46,451 nucleotides of DNA, from the IMG/VR virus record IMGVR_UViG_3300032218_002092, positions 1-46,451 of that record. One strand, 5' to 3'. The notes below the pieces were generated by a model that saw nothing but the letters and a program-made list of their open reading frames with translations, was not told the origin of the DNA and did no database searches. Below, piece by piece: positions 38,808 through 46,451 of this stretch (positions are counted from its first letter, which is position 1; each line of letters opens with the position of its first letter). This DNA is from a virus. Lineage: Duplodnaviria; Caudoviricetes. The translations under genes were made by a program, and so were the position numbers.

Positions 38808-38983
38808 TCTCCAGTATCCAAATCGTCATCATCCTCTATATAGTCCTCGGATAATTCTTCGATTTGTTCACCGCAGAATGGGCAATGCTCAGGTAAGTCT
38901 TGTGAAACCATTTCTTCCATATATTCTACACTATAAGTAGATTCGCAACTAGAACAGTCTCCTGACATTATTTTGTTTGTCAT
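38798..38983 (-). CDS. Small acidic zinc-ribbon/rubredoxin-like protein
   Basis: CSSC...CPFCG. Confidence 0.7.
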   Translation of the reverse strand: MTNKIMSGDCSSCESTYSVEYMEEMVSQDLPEHCPFCGEQIEELSEDYIEDDDDLDTGEWD

Positions 38984-38992
38984 TATATTTCC

Positions 38993-39979
38993 TTATTTTG
39001 CCCACACATCACCCCAATCTCCAGACAAAGCACCCTTTGCATAATCGGTTGCTCTGTTCTCAAAGAAGTTTGTGTGTGTTGGTGCGTTAATCATTTCTTC
39101 TACCCAAGGTAGAGGATTTTTTTTCACTTTAAATTGTCCTTTGAGTCCCAAAGAAATCAATCTGCGGTCAGCAATATAACGAATATACTTCTTAACATCT
39201 TCAGCTGATAAATCTTCCATGGCGCCCATTGCGAATGCCAAGTCAATAAACTTATCTTCTAATTCTACCATTTTTTCTGCAATTGTATAAAGACGTCCTT
39301 TTAATTCATCGTTCCAAATTTCACGATTTTCTTCTATGTATGTGCGGAACAATTTAATCATGTTTTCAGTATGTTGTGTTTCATCAACAATAGACCAAGT
39401 AACAATCTGACCCATACCTTTCATCTTACCATGGCGTGGGAAGTTCAACAACATAATGAATGATGAAAATAACTGCATACCTTCAGTAAAAGCAGAGAAC
39501 ACGGCAATATGTGTTGCTGTATTTTCTTTGGTCGTATTTTGACCAGCGATGTTCAATACATATTCGTGTTTCTCTTTCATTTCTTGATACTGCATAAATT
39601 CATTATACATGGTTTCAGGTAGACCAAGTGTTTCAATCAAGTGTGAGTAAGCAGCGACGTGTAACGCTTCTCTGGCAGCGAAACCAAGAAGCATCATGCG
39701 TATTTCGGGTTGAGGGAAATAAGGCAGATAATTATTAACATAACCACCAGCAACGTCAATATCTCCTTGGGTGAAGAATCTAAAAATGTGTGTGAGAAAT
39801 TGTTTTTCCTCTTTAGTAAGTTTCTTTTTCCAATCTTTAACATCTTCCAACATTGGAACTTCAGTATGCAGCCAATGAGATTGCTCATGCTTAAGCCATG
39901 CATCGTAAGCCCAAGGATAATTAAAAGGTTTAAAATATGTCCGTTCATCGGTCATCCTTGATTCTGTTTTCTTAATCAT
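38993..39979 (-). CDS. nrdB: Ribonucleotide reductase class Ia beta subunit
   Basis: FFTQGD, EALH-x-x-x-Y radical Tyr, EGMQLFSSF, DETQH, NFFE. Confidence 0.96.
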   Translation of the reverse strand: MIKKTESRMTDERTYFKPFNYPWAYDAWLKHEQSHWLHTEVPMLEDVKDWKKKLTKEEKQFLTHIFRFFTQGDIDVAGGYVNNYLPYFPQPEIRMMLLGFAAREALHVAAYSHLIETLGLPETMYNEFMQYQEMKEKHEYVLNIAGQNTTKENTATHIAVFSAFTEGMQLFSSFIMLLNFPRHGKMKGMGQIVTWSIVDETQHTENMIKLFRTYIEENREIWNDELKGRLYTIAEKMVELEDKFIDLAFAMGAMEDLSAEDVKKYIRYIADRRLISLGLKGQFKVKKNPLPWVEEMINAPTHTNFFENRATDYAKGALSGDWGDVWAK

Positions 39980-39981
39980 TT

Positions 39982-40509
39982 CTACCTTATTTTTTTATTT
40001 TCTATGTAATTTAAATTTAAAACACATCTCATCTTTTGGTCGGTACAAGTTGTATTTGTGTGCAACATTTGATTATCAAATATTAAAATTCTATTTGCAA
40101 CCGAATCTACTTTTGTACCATCAACAAAAACTGTTTGTCCATTATTCGTATTGACATAATATACGGCAGTTTTTCCTGGAATTCCTTCAAAATTTCCTTG
40201 AACATCTGAATGATATGCATATTGTGTGTGATATTCTCTATTGGGATTTAAATTTGCTTTAATTCTTATTAGAGCAAGAGGTTCAATTTTTCTCAATAAA
40301 GGAAGCATTAACTCATAATATGCTGACTTTATGGTAAAGTCATTATAGAATATGTGTGCAAATTGAAAATTATTTTTATCATCTGAAGGATCATAATCAG
40401 CAACAATGCTATTTGCATAAAACCAAGGAAATGAATTTGAAAGTAAAACTTTTTCAATTTCTTGGTGTTCTTCTTCAGTTAAAAAATTATCAATAATTTC
40501 AAATGTCAT
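39982..40509 (-). CDS. 2OG-Fe(II) oxygenase-like protein, paralog of 12830-13321
   Basis: IIDNFL...FPWFY...RIKANL...HSD...YYVNTNNG...H...R-x-x-LNLNY. Confidence 0.8.
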   Translation of the reverse strand: MTFEIIDNFLTEEEHQEIEKVLLSNSFPWFYANSIVADYDPSDDKNNFQFAHIFYNDFTIKSAYYELMLPLLRKIEPLALIRIKANLNPNREYHTQYAYHSDVQGNFEGIPGKTAVYYVNTNNGQTVFVDGTKVDSVANRILIFDNQMLHTNTTCTDQKMRCVLNLNYIENKKIR

Positions 40510-40529
40510 TTATTATTTACCAATTTCAA

Positions 40530-40856
40530 TTAAAATGCTACCGATGAACCACAACCACAAGTACCTTTAACTTCTGGATTTGTTATAACAAATTGTGAAT
40601 TGAATTTTTCTTCTTTATAATCTAAAGTGGCTCCCATTAAGTATTGTGCGGACATTAAATCAACAAACACTTTAATGGAATCTTTTTCAATCACAAAATC
40701 ATCTTCTTCTTGTTTATCATCAAAGGTGAATTCATATTGAAAGCCTGAACAACCTCCACCCTTTACTGACATTCTTAATGCTAAATTATGATTATCTTTT
40801 TCTTCGACAATTAAATCTCTAATTTTATTGAAAGCATTATCGGTTACAGTAATCAT
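40530..40856 (-). CDS. erpA: A-type Fe-S carrier (ErpA/IscA, HesB family)
   Basis: GGGCSGFQY...GATLDY...NP...TCGCGSS. Confidence 0.9.
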   Translation of the reverse strand: MITVTDNAFNKIRDLIVEEKDNHNLALRMSVKGGGCSGFQYEFTFDDKQEEDDFVIEKDSIKVFVDLMSAQYLMGATLDYKEEKFNSQFVITNPEVKGTCGCGSSVAF

Positions 40857-40857
40857 T

Positions 40858-41244
40858 TTATACCTTACATGAACATTTAAGTTCGTAATCTTTTATTGCT
40901 GCTTTAATTGCATCTTCAGCCAAGATTGAACAATGTATTTTTACCGGCGGCAGAGCCAATTCTTCAGCAATTTTAAAATTTTTAATTGCTTCAGCTTGTT
41001 CAAGAGTTTTTCCTTTAACCCATTCTGTGACCAGCGAGCTTGAAGCAATCGCAGAACCACATCCGTATGTTTTGAATTTTGCATCTGTGATAATCCCATC
41101 TTCTACTTTAATTTGAAGCTTCATCACATCACCACAGGCTGGTGCGCCCACCATACCTGTTCCAACAGAATCATCATTTGAATCCATTTTACCAACGTTG
41201 CGTGGATTTTCGTAATGGTCTAATACTTTATCTGAATATGCCAT
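40858..41244 (-). CDS. iscU: Fe-S cluster scaffold IscU
   Basis: MAYSDKVLDHYENPRNVG, GAPACGDVM, KTYGCGSA, LPPVKIHC. Confidence 0.97.
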   Translation of the reverse strand: MAYSDKVLDHYENPRNVGKMDSNDDSVGTGMVGAPACGDVMKLQIKVEDGIITDAKFKTYGCGSAIASSSLVTEWVKGKTLEQAEAIKNFKIAEELALPPVKIHCSILAEDAIKAAIKDYELKCSCKV

Positions 41245-43038
41245 TTAACCTTCGCAAGCAATACAATCGTTACCTTGAGCAATCTGTGTCATATCCAATT
41301 CTTTGATAACATCTCTTTCAATTTTTTTGGCAACTTTATCTGCTTTACCAATTTTTTCAGAACGGCAATAATATAAAGTTTTCAATCCTTTTTTCCATGC
41401 CATAAAATGAATGGCGTGTATGTATTTGATGTGTGCGTCTGGTCTAAAGAATAGGTTCAACGATTGTGCTTGGTCGATATACGCTTGTCTATCACCAGCC
41501 AATTCGATTACCCATCTTTGGTCAATCTCCATGGATGTTTTGAATACATCTTTATCGTGTTGTGACATCCAATCCAAATGTTGAACCGAACCATCGTTAG
41601 CAATAATAGATGACCAAACATCATCGTACCATTCGGCTGGTTTATCGTGTGATAGTTTAGTAATTAATTCATTCAACCAACGATTTTTATTTAAGAAGGA
41701 TCCCGAAAGAGTATCTTGTCGATAAGCGTTAGCACGGTAAGGCTCAATACTAGGGCTAGTGTTACCCATGATAATTGAAGAAGATGCGTTTGGTGCGATA
41801 GCCATAAGGTGACTAAAACGATTGCCAGTTCCCACCGCATCAGGAGCCTCACCTCTTTCCAATCCAAGTTCTTTATTAGCTGCATCTAGTCCCTTTCTAA
41901 TACTACTAAAAATTCTGTTATTAGCTACTTTAGCCATGACACCTTCGAAAGCAATGCCGTTCTTTTGGAGATAAGCATGAAAACCAAGGGCACCAATACC
42001 AATGCTGCGCTCAAGCTGTGCGGAATGTTTAGCCCTAGAAATCGCATCAGGAGCATTGTCAATGAAATACTGCAAAACATTATCAAGCATTTCCGCAACA
42101 TCTTTAAGAAAAAGGGGTTCATTCTTCCACTCATCATAAGTCTCCAAATTCAAAGAAGATAAACAACATACTGCTGTTCTTTCTTCATTAGTAGGTAAAA
42201 TAATTTCAGAGCAAAGATTTGATTGGTGAATCTTTAAACCTTTGTCTTTCAACCATTGTGGTAAGTGATTGTTACTAGTATCAATAAAATGAATGTATGG
42301 TTCACCTGTGTGCATACGCAATTCAAGAATCATCTGCCATAAATGTTTTGCAGATACAGTTTCACGAATTTCATTTGATGCTGGGTCGATTAAATTCCAA
42401 GAATCATCAAATTCTGGATCCAACATAGACTGTTCGATGATGTGCATGAAGTCATCTGTAATATTGATACCATGGTGCAAATTTAAACATCTTTGATTTT
42501 GGTCGCCTGTTGGCTTCCGCATTTCTAAAAACCCAATAATGTCTGGATGAGAAATGTCGAGATAAGCAGCATAGCTGCCCCTGCGAGTGCGACCTTGCCT
42601 GTATGCCAAAGAACTGGCATCATAGATTTTGAGGTGAGGCATGACACCAGTAGATTTATCGTCTGCTGAACGAATGCCAAAACCAATGCCAACACCACCC
42701 CCGAGCATAGAAAGCCAATTAGTTTCTGATAGGTTATCAACTAGTCCCTCCGCAGTATCTTCAATATAATTAAGGAAGCACGATATAGGCATCCCACGCT
42801 TACTACGACCAAAAGAAAGAATGGGAGTAGAATAAGATAACCAATGTTTACTGCTATATTCGTATAATCTTTGTGCGTGTTCCGGAGAGGAACTAAACGC
42901 TTTGCTGACAAATGCGAATCGGTGTTGTGGACTTTCTTCATCATCTTTCATGTAACTTTCTTTTAATCTTTTAATCCCAAGTTCATCAAATAATTTATCT
43001 CTTTCCAAATCTATTTTAATGCCTAGGTATTCAGTCAT
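41245..43038 (-). CDS. nrdA: Ribonucleotide reductase class Ia alpha subunit (short, no apparent ATP cone)
   Basis: ISCF, SNLCSEI, VCCLSS, APNASSS, TLYY, C-terminal CIAC. Confidence 0.96.
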   Translation of the reverse strand: MTEYLGIKIDLERDKLFDELGIKRLKESYMKDDEESPQHRFAFVSKAFSSSPEHAQRLYEYSSKHWLSYSTPILSFGRSKRGMPISCFLNYIEDTAEGLVDNLSETNWLSMLGGGVGIGFGIRSADDKSTGVMPHLKIYDASSLAYRQGRTRRGSYAAYLDISHPDIIGFLEMRKPTGDQNQRCLNLHHGINITDDFMHIIEQSMLDPEFDDSWNLIDPASNEIRETVSAKHLWQMILELRMHTGEPYIHFIDTSNNHLPQWLKDKGLKIHQSNLCSEIILPTNEERTAVCCLSSLNLETYDEWKNEPLFLKDVAEMLDNVLQYFIDNAPDAISRAKHSAQLERSIGIGALGFHAYLQKNGIAFEGVMAKVANNRIFSSIRKGLDAANKELGLERGEAPDAVGTGNRFSHLMAIAPNASSSIIMGNTSPSIEPYRANAYRQDTLSGSFLNKNRWLNELITKLSHDKPAEWYDDVWSSIIANDGSVQHLDWMSQHDKDVFKTSMEIDQRWVIELAGDRQAYIDQAQSLNLFFRPDAHIKYIHAIHFMAWKKGLKTLYYCRSEKIGKADKVAKKIERDVIKELDMTQIAQGNDCIACEG

Positions 43039-43078
43039 GCTTATTTCGCTTTCTCTTTATTATAATTACTACACAAAT

Positions 43079-44092
43079 TTAAATCTTTTTCCAATTAATA
43101 AATTCTGCTTTTGCTCGCAGATTTACAAATGTATTCCTACTTATAATGTCTTGGATTTCGTCAGGTGAAAAACCGTAGAGCACCATATCATTAATATCTT
43201 TAGATTCAATCATTTCTGGCCAAATCACTACATTGAAATGTTTTTCAATAGCTTCATCTATTTTTTTACAAATTTCTTTATTGCGTGGTTCATTATCAAA
43301 CACCAAAACAACTTTACTCTTATCGTATATAGAAGTGATAGATTCCAAGTTACTGTCCGCAGTAGCCACAGCATTGTCTAGGAACATACTGTCAATAGGA
43401 CCTTCCACCACATATATCATCTTCTCCTCGTCTATCCTATCCATTCCAAAGACTTTGTGGTTATCGTCATTTAGTTTTAATGTGATATACCTGAGTTTCG
43501 ATTCACCCAACGAGCGACCTTGCACAGCCACGAGCTCTTTCTCTTTGTTATAGAAGGGAATAACGAGCCGTTTGTCGTTTTTATGAAGGTTCTCCTTTTC
43601 AATCCCAAGACTTTGTATGAAGGATGCGAAATCTTCCGCATAGTATAGTTGCGAATAGAAGGTCTCTGGAATCCGTCTTTGCGAAACATAGACCTTAGCA
43701 AAATGCGCCTCTGGTAATGTGTCGATTGAAGGAAGTTCCAACGCTTTCTTAAACTTTGGCGCTTCTTGTTTAATCTCCTGAAAGTCTGGTTCGACATGGT
43801 TGCTTCTGTTGTTATCTCCATTTTTATATCTTTCTAAAGCATACTCTTTAATTAGAGTTGGGTCAACCTTTTCTAGGAAATTATAGAAATTTGTACCAGC
43901 ACCACAATTATGACACATATAGAAATAGTCATTCTTTTTGCGGTAAATGTAACCACGGGATTTTGTTTTATTTTTTTGTGAATCTCCACAGAGAGGACAC
44001 CTGAAGTTATACAGGTCATCCTTTTTCTGTGCAAATCTTTGAAGCTTTGGGGAAACCCTCAGCAAAAACTGCCTATCAATAAAAACACTCAT
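43079..44092 (-). CDS. DNA primase (T4 gp61-like)
   Basis: CPLCGDS...CHNC zinc finger, RLVIPF, QGRSL, VEGPIDS, DNEPRN, KDIND. Confidence 0.94.
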   Translation of the reverse strand: MSVFIDRQFLLRVSPKLQRFAQKKDDLYNFRCPLCGDSQKNKTKSRGYIYRKKNDYFYMCHNCGAGTNFYNFLEKVDPTLIKEYALERYKNGDNNRSNHVEPDFQEIKQEAPKFKKALELPSIDTLPEAHFAKVYVSQRRIPETFYSQLYYAEDFASFIQSLGIEKENLHKNDKRLVIPFYNKEKELVAVQGRSLGESKLRYITLKLNDDNHKVFGMDRIDEEKMIYVVEGPIDSMFLDNAVATADSNLESITSIYDKSKVVLVFDNEPRNKEICKKIDEAIEKHFNVVIWPEMIESKDINDMVLYGFSPDEIQDIISRNTFVNLRAKAEFINWKKI

Positions 44093-44117
44093 TATATACC
44101 AATTGTAAAAAAATTAT

Positions 44118-44546
44118 TTAATGTAACACTTTTAGTATTGTATCAAGTCCTGAGTGAGAAATCAACCATGATGCAACAATTATACCACCAGCAATCATCC
44201 ACTTCCATTGATTGAGTTTTTGGAACTCTGCCTTTGAACTGGCACTATGTTCATTCATAGATTTTTTCAAAGTACCAATTTCATCCATTATTCGTTTTTC
44301 GGATTCTACTAACTTATCCAATACCACATCCACTCTTTCATGTATTTCGGATATGTCTGCATCTTTTTCTTTTCTCTGGTCATCCATAGCGTCATACACT
44401 TTACTAATGTGGCGGTCGTGTTGGTCCACAAGTTTTTCAATAACTTGGTCCATTTTATTACAAAGTGCTGATAAAGTCAACACTTGTGTCTTTAATATGC
44501 CAATGTCCACTTGCACATCAACAATATCGTCTTTTTTATCTACCAT
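44118..44546 (-). CDS. Coiled-coil protein with C-terminal TM anchor
   Basis: Heptad-rich, ends WKWMIAGGIIVASW. Confidence 0.65.
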   Translation of the reverse strand: MVDKKDDIVDVQVDIGILKTQVLTLSALCNKMDQVIEKLVDQHDRHISKVYDAMDDQRKEKDADISEIHERVDVVLDKLVESEKRIMDEIGTLKKSMNEHSASSKAEFQKLNQWKWMIAGGIIVASWLISHSGLDTILKVLH

Positions 44547-44726
44547 TTATTTTTTTTCTGGTACCTTTGTGCCATCTAATTTTTTGTGTACCTTGATTGT
44601 CTTACAGGTTTCTTTACCTTTAGCATCTTTGATACAAACTTTTTCTGATTCGCCAGCTGCATAAGCAACTTGAAAACATACAACAGACCAGATTACCAAG
44701 TTTAATGCGATTAGAAATTTTTTCAT
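44547..44726 (-). CDS. Small exported protein (59 aa)
   Basis: Manual: signal peptide MKKFLIALNLVIWSVVCFQVAYA then KVC...CKTIKVHKKLDGTKVP. Confidence 0.6.
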   Translation of the reverse strand: MKKFLIALNLVIWSVVCFQVAYAAGESEKVCIKDAKGKETCKTIKVHKKLDGTKVPEKK

Positions 44727-44737
44727 TTTAGTGTCCT

Positions 44738-44953
44738 TTATTTTGAAGCAAATTTTTCAGATGCAGTAAAACCTAAACCTGCAATTACAATATACATCAT
44801 TGAATCAAACAGATGTGCTTGAACTTTATATGATGTTAATAAATCTACCATAAAAGCGGCAGCGCAAAGTAAAAAAGCAAGAAAGGTAATTACTCTCTTG
44901 CTGCTAACGGAACTATTGGTTCCATCTTGTAACATACTAGTTATCCAACTCAT
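44738..44953 (-). CDS. Holin-like 2-TM protein
   Basis: SSKR then two TM helices; downstream of endolysin. Confidence 0.5.
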   Translation of the reverse strand: MSWITSMLQDGTNSSVSSKRVITFLAFLLCAAAFMVDLLTSYKVQAHLFDSMMYIVIAGLGFTASEKFASK

Positions 44954-45498
44954 AATTCAGGCTGCGGTGGTTGAACAGGCATTGGTTTACCAGTCGAACT
45001 CATTACAATACCTGGTGTAAATGCTGGTGTTACCGTTGGTGTTGCAGTAAATTGATTACTGTTACCACCAAATGAACTTGTAAATTGTGAAGTGTTTCCA
45101 CCAAAACTTGTGCTTGGTGGTGTAGGTGGTATTGGTGCAATCGGTGTTGGTGGTTTATCCCATCCTTTGTTTGCAGCTTGTAAAGCCGCTTTCTGTGCAT
45201 CTTTATCACCACCCGCTAACATGATACCAGATAAAGTACCTGTTAAGAATGTAGCAATAGGTGTAATGACTTCAAAAAACTTTGCATCAATTGGTGAAAT
45301 GGCGTTGAGGGGTTGTGTAACAAAAATTAAAGAGTATAACACAACGAATACGATGCCAAACAAAGTAAGTGTGAGCACAATACCAATAAAGAATTTCAAA
45401 CGAGCCATTAATTGCTCTTCTGTATACACGAAAGTTTCCACGATTTGCTCCTGAATATTATTATCAATAGGTTTATTTTTTCTAAAAATCATTTGCAA
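44950..45498 (-). CDS. 2-TM membrane protein with Pro/Ser/Gly-rich tail
   Basis: Two TMs, PIATFLTGTLSGIML, duplicated SFGGN-x-x-QFT in tail. Confidence 0.65.
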   Translation of the reverse strand: MQMIFRKNKPIDNNIQEQIVETFVYTEEQLMARLKFFIGIVLTLTLFGIVFVVLYSLIFVTQPLNAISPIDAKFFEVITPIATFLTGTLSGIMLAGGDKDAQKAALQAANKGWDKPPTPIAPIPPTPPSTSFGGNTSQFTSSFGGNSNQFTATPTVTPAFTPGIVMSSTGKPMPVQPPQPEL

Positions 45499-45764
45499 TT
45501 TGCTCCTGATGGTGTTGGTGTTAATGGCTTAGGCATTTCCGCAGGTTTATCAGCTGGCGGTCCCAATCTTGGATCCCTCTGTCCTTTAAAAATGTGTTCA
45601 GGACAAGTCCTTGTAACATCACATTTTGGCATCTTACAAAAATCTTTATCCCAATTATCCGGATCTTGGCAAGGGTAACGATAACGGTCACCACTACAAT
45701 AAGCTAAAACTAAAGGAAGCAATAATAAAAAAACTAGATATCTAGCTAATTTTTTATCATTCAT
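45489..45764 (-). CDS. Cys-rich lipoprotein-like protein
   Basis: Hydrophobic leader ending LAYC, RYRYPCQDP-x-NW...C...C...CP. Confidence 0.6.
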   Translation of the reverse strand: MNDKKLARYLVFLLLLPLVLAYCSGDRYRYPCQDPDNWDKDFCKMPKCDVTRTCPEHIFKGQRDPRLGPPADKPAEMPKPLTPTPSGANCK

Positions 45765-45765
45765 G

Positions 45766-46086
45766 TTATTTCCCTTTAGCCAATGTTCTCATACGTTCTT
45801 CAAGAATAGCAATGTGTTCTTTGTTTGCTTGAATTGCATCACGATTCTTTTGAACTGCTTCTGTCAAATCTTGACGTAACTTTTCACGAGCAAGTTCACT
45901 ACCAGTATTACTGGCTTGTTTGTTATCTTGTGTTACCACCAAACTTACTTTGCTTTCCAAAATAGTTACTTGGTGGTTAAGTTGTGCTACCGAACTTAGT
46001 AAGTAACCCACGCCAGCTATAATCAAAGGTAATAGAGCAAATAACAACTTCTCTATAAACATTCCTTTTTCATTTTGGTCTGCCAT
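45766..46086 (-). CDS. N-terminal TM plus coiled-coil protein
   Basis: One TM then heptad repeats; directly downstream of endolysin. Confidence 0.6.
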   Translation of the reverse strand: MADQNEKGMFIEKLLFALLPLIIAGVGYLLSSVAQLNHQVTILESKVSLVVTQDNKQASNTGSELAREKLRQDLTEAVQKNRDAIQANKEHIAILEERMRTLAKGK

Positions 46087-46087
46087 T

Positions 46088-46451
46088 TTAAACTCCTAGG
46101 ACATGAAGTGCGTGTTCATAATGTTTAATTCTATCTTCAAGTCCAATGGTACCACCATTGATACGCTTAGTTAATGTTAAGATGTCACCTTTATCTGCCC
46201 ATTGGTTTAGGTTATTATTTTCCCAAAACCAGCAAGCGGATTGAGCTGCACCTTCAAAAGTCTGTAAGTATTCGGAAGCTTCATCCGGACCAATACCAAT
46301 AGAAGCGGCAAACCATGTGTAGTTATCTTTACCTGTCAACTGGATTAAACCACGACCACAGTAACGGAAACCATCTCCAGACGCTTCATCTCCATTACCC
46401 ATACGATTAGCGTAGACCTTATTGGCAATCGCTTCCTGTTTGTTTGGGAGA
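46088..46451 (-). CDS. GH19 chitinase-like endolysin, C-terminal part (truncated at window edge)
   Basis: IANKVYANRMGNG...DGFRYCGRGLIQLTGKDNY...SACWFW...TKRINGG-x-x-GLEDR. Confidence 0.93.
   Translation of the reverse strand, partial: LPNKQEAIANKVYANRMGNGDEASGDGFRYCGRGLIQLTGKDNYTWFAASIGIGPDEASEYLQTFEGAAQSACWFWENNNLNQWADKGDILTLTKRINGGTIGLEDRIKHYEHALHVLGV

Noticed and set aside
461-45678. Plus-strand ORFs and nested alternative-frame ORFs in the ORF track (e.g. 21168-21599, 34368-34760, 44212-44664, 106-339)
   Set aside because: They are shadows of well-supported minus-strand genes, with no recognisable RBS or motifs
1-46451. Stop-codon reassignment, introns or inteins
   Set aside because: Core genes (nrdA, nrdB, primase, rnh) are full-length and uninterrupted in the standard code

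Overview
A 46 kb AT-rich slice of a large T4-like (myovirus-type) phage genome, almost entirely coded on the minus strand. IscU, ErpA, a GH19 lysin and a DUF3563-like peptide suggest a betaproteobacterial, probably freshwater, host (inference). The right end holds a putative lysis/membrane cluster, gp61 primase, class Ia nrdA and nrdB split by iscU, an erpA/iscA gene and an oxygenase, RNase H and a CobT-like VWA protein. The middle (about 15-36 kb) is an early/host-takeover region of small ORFs behind many sigma70-like promoters, with a GC-rich non-coding island at about 28.3-28.8 kb. The left end has most of the nine 2OG-Fe(II)-type oxygenases, a glycine-rich adhesin-like gene, a carbamoyltransferase, an epimerase and a methyltransferase. 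The most notable unannotated signals are non-coding. (1) A dyad TGTTG-N8-CAAC(A/G) occurs 7 times, six copies helically phased upstream of 16-bp-spacer promoters and one downstream of the promoter of a SutA-like gene. (2) Three copies of a covarying RNA hairpin sit just after early-gene stop codons. (3) A 21-bp-stem RNA junction covers the likely RBS of a T5orf172 nuclease. (4) An orphan pseudoknot resembles tmRNA pk2. All family assignments come from motif recognition by eye; no database searches were run.
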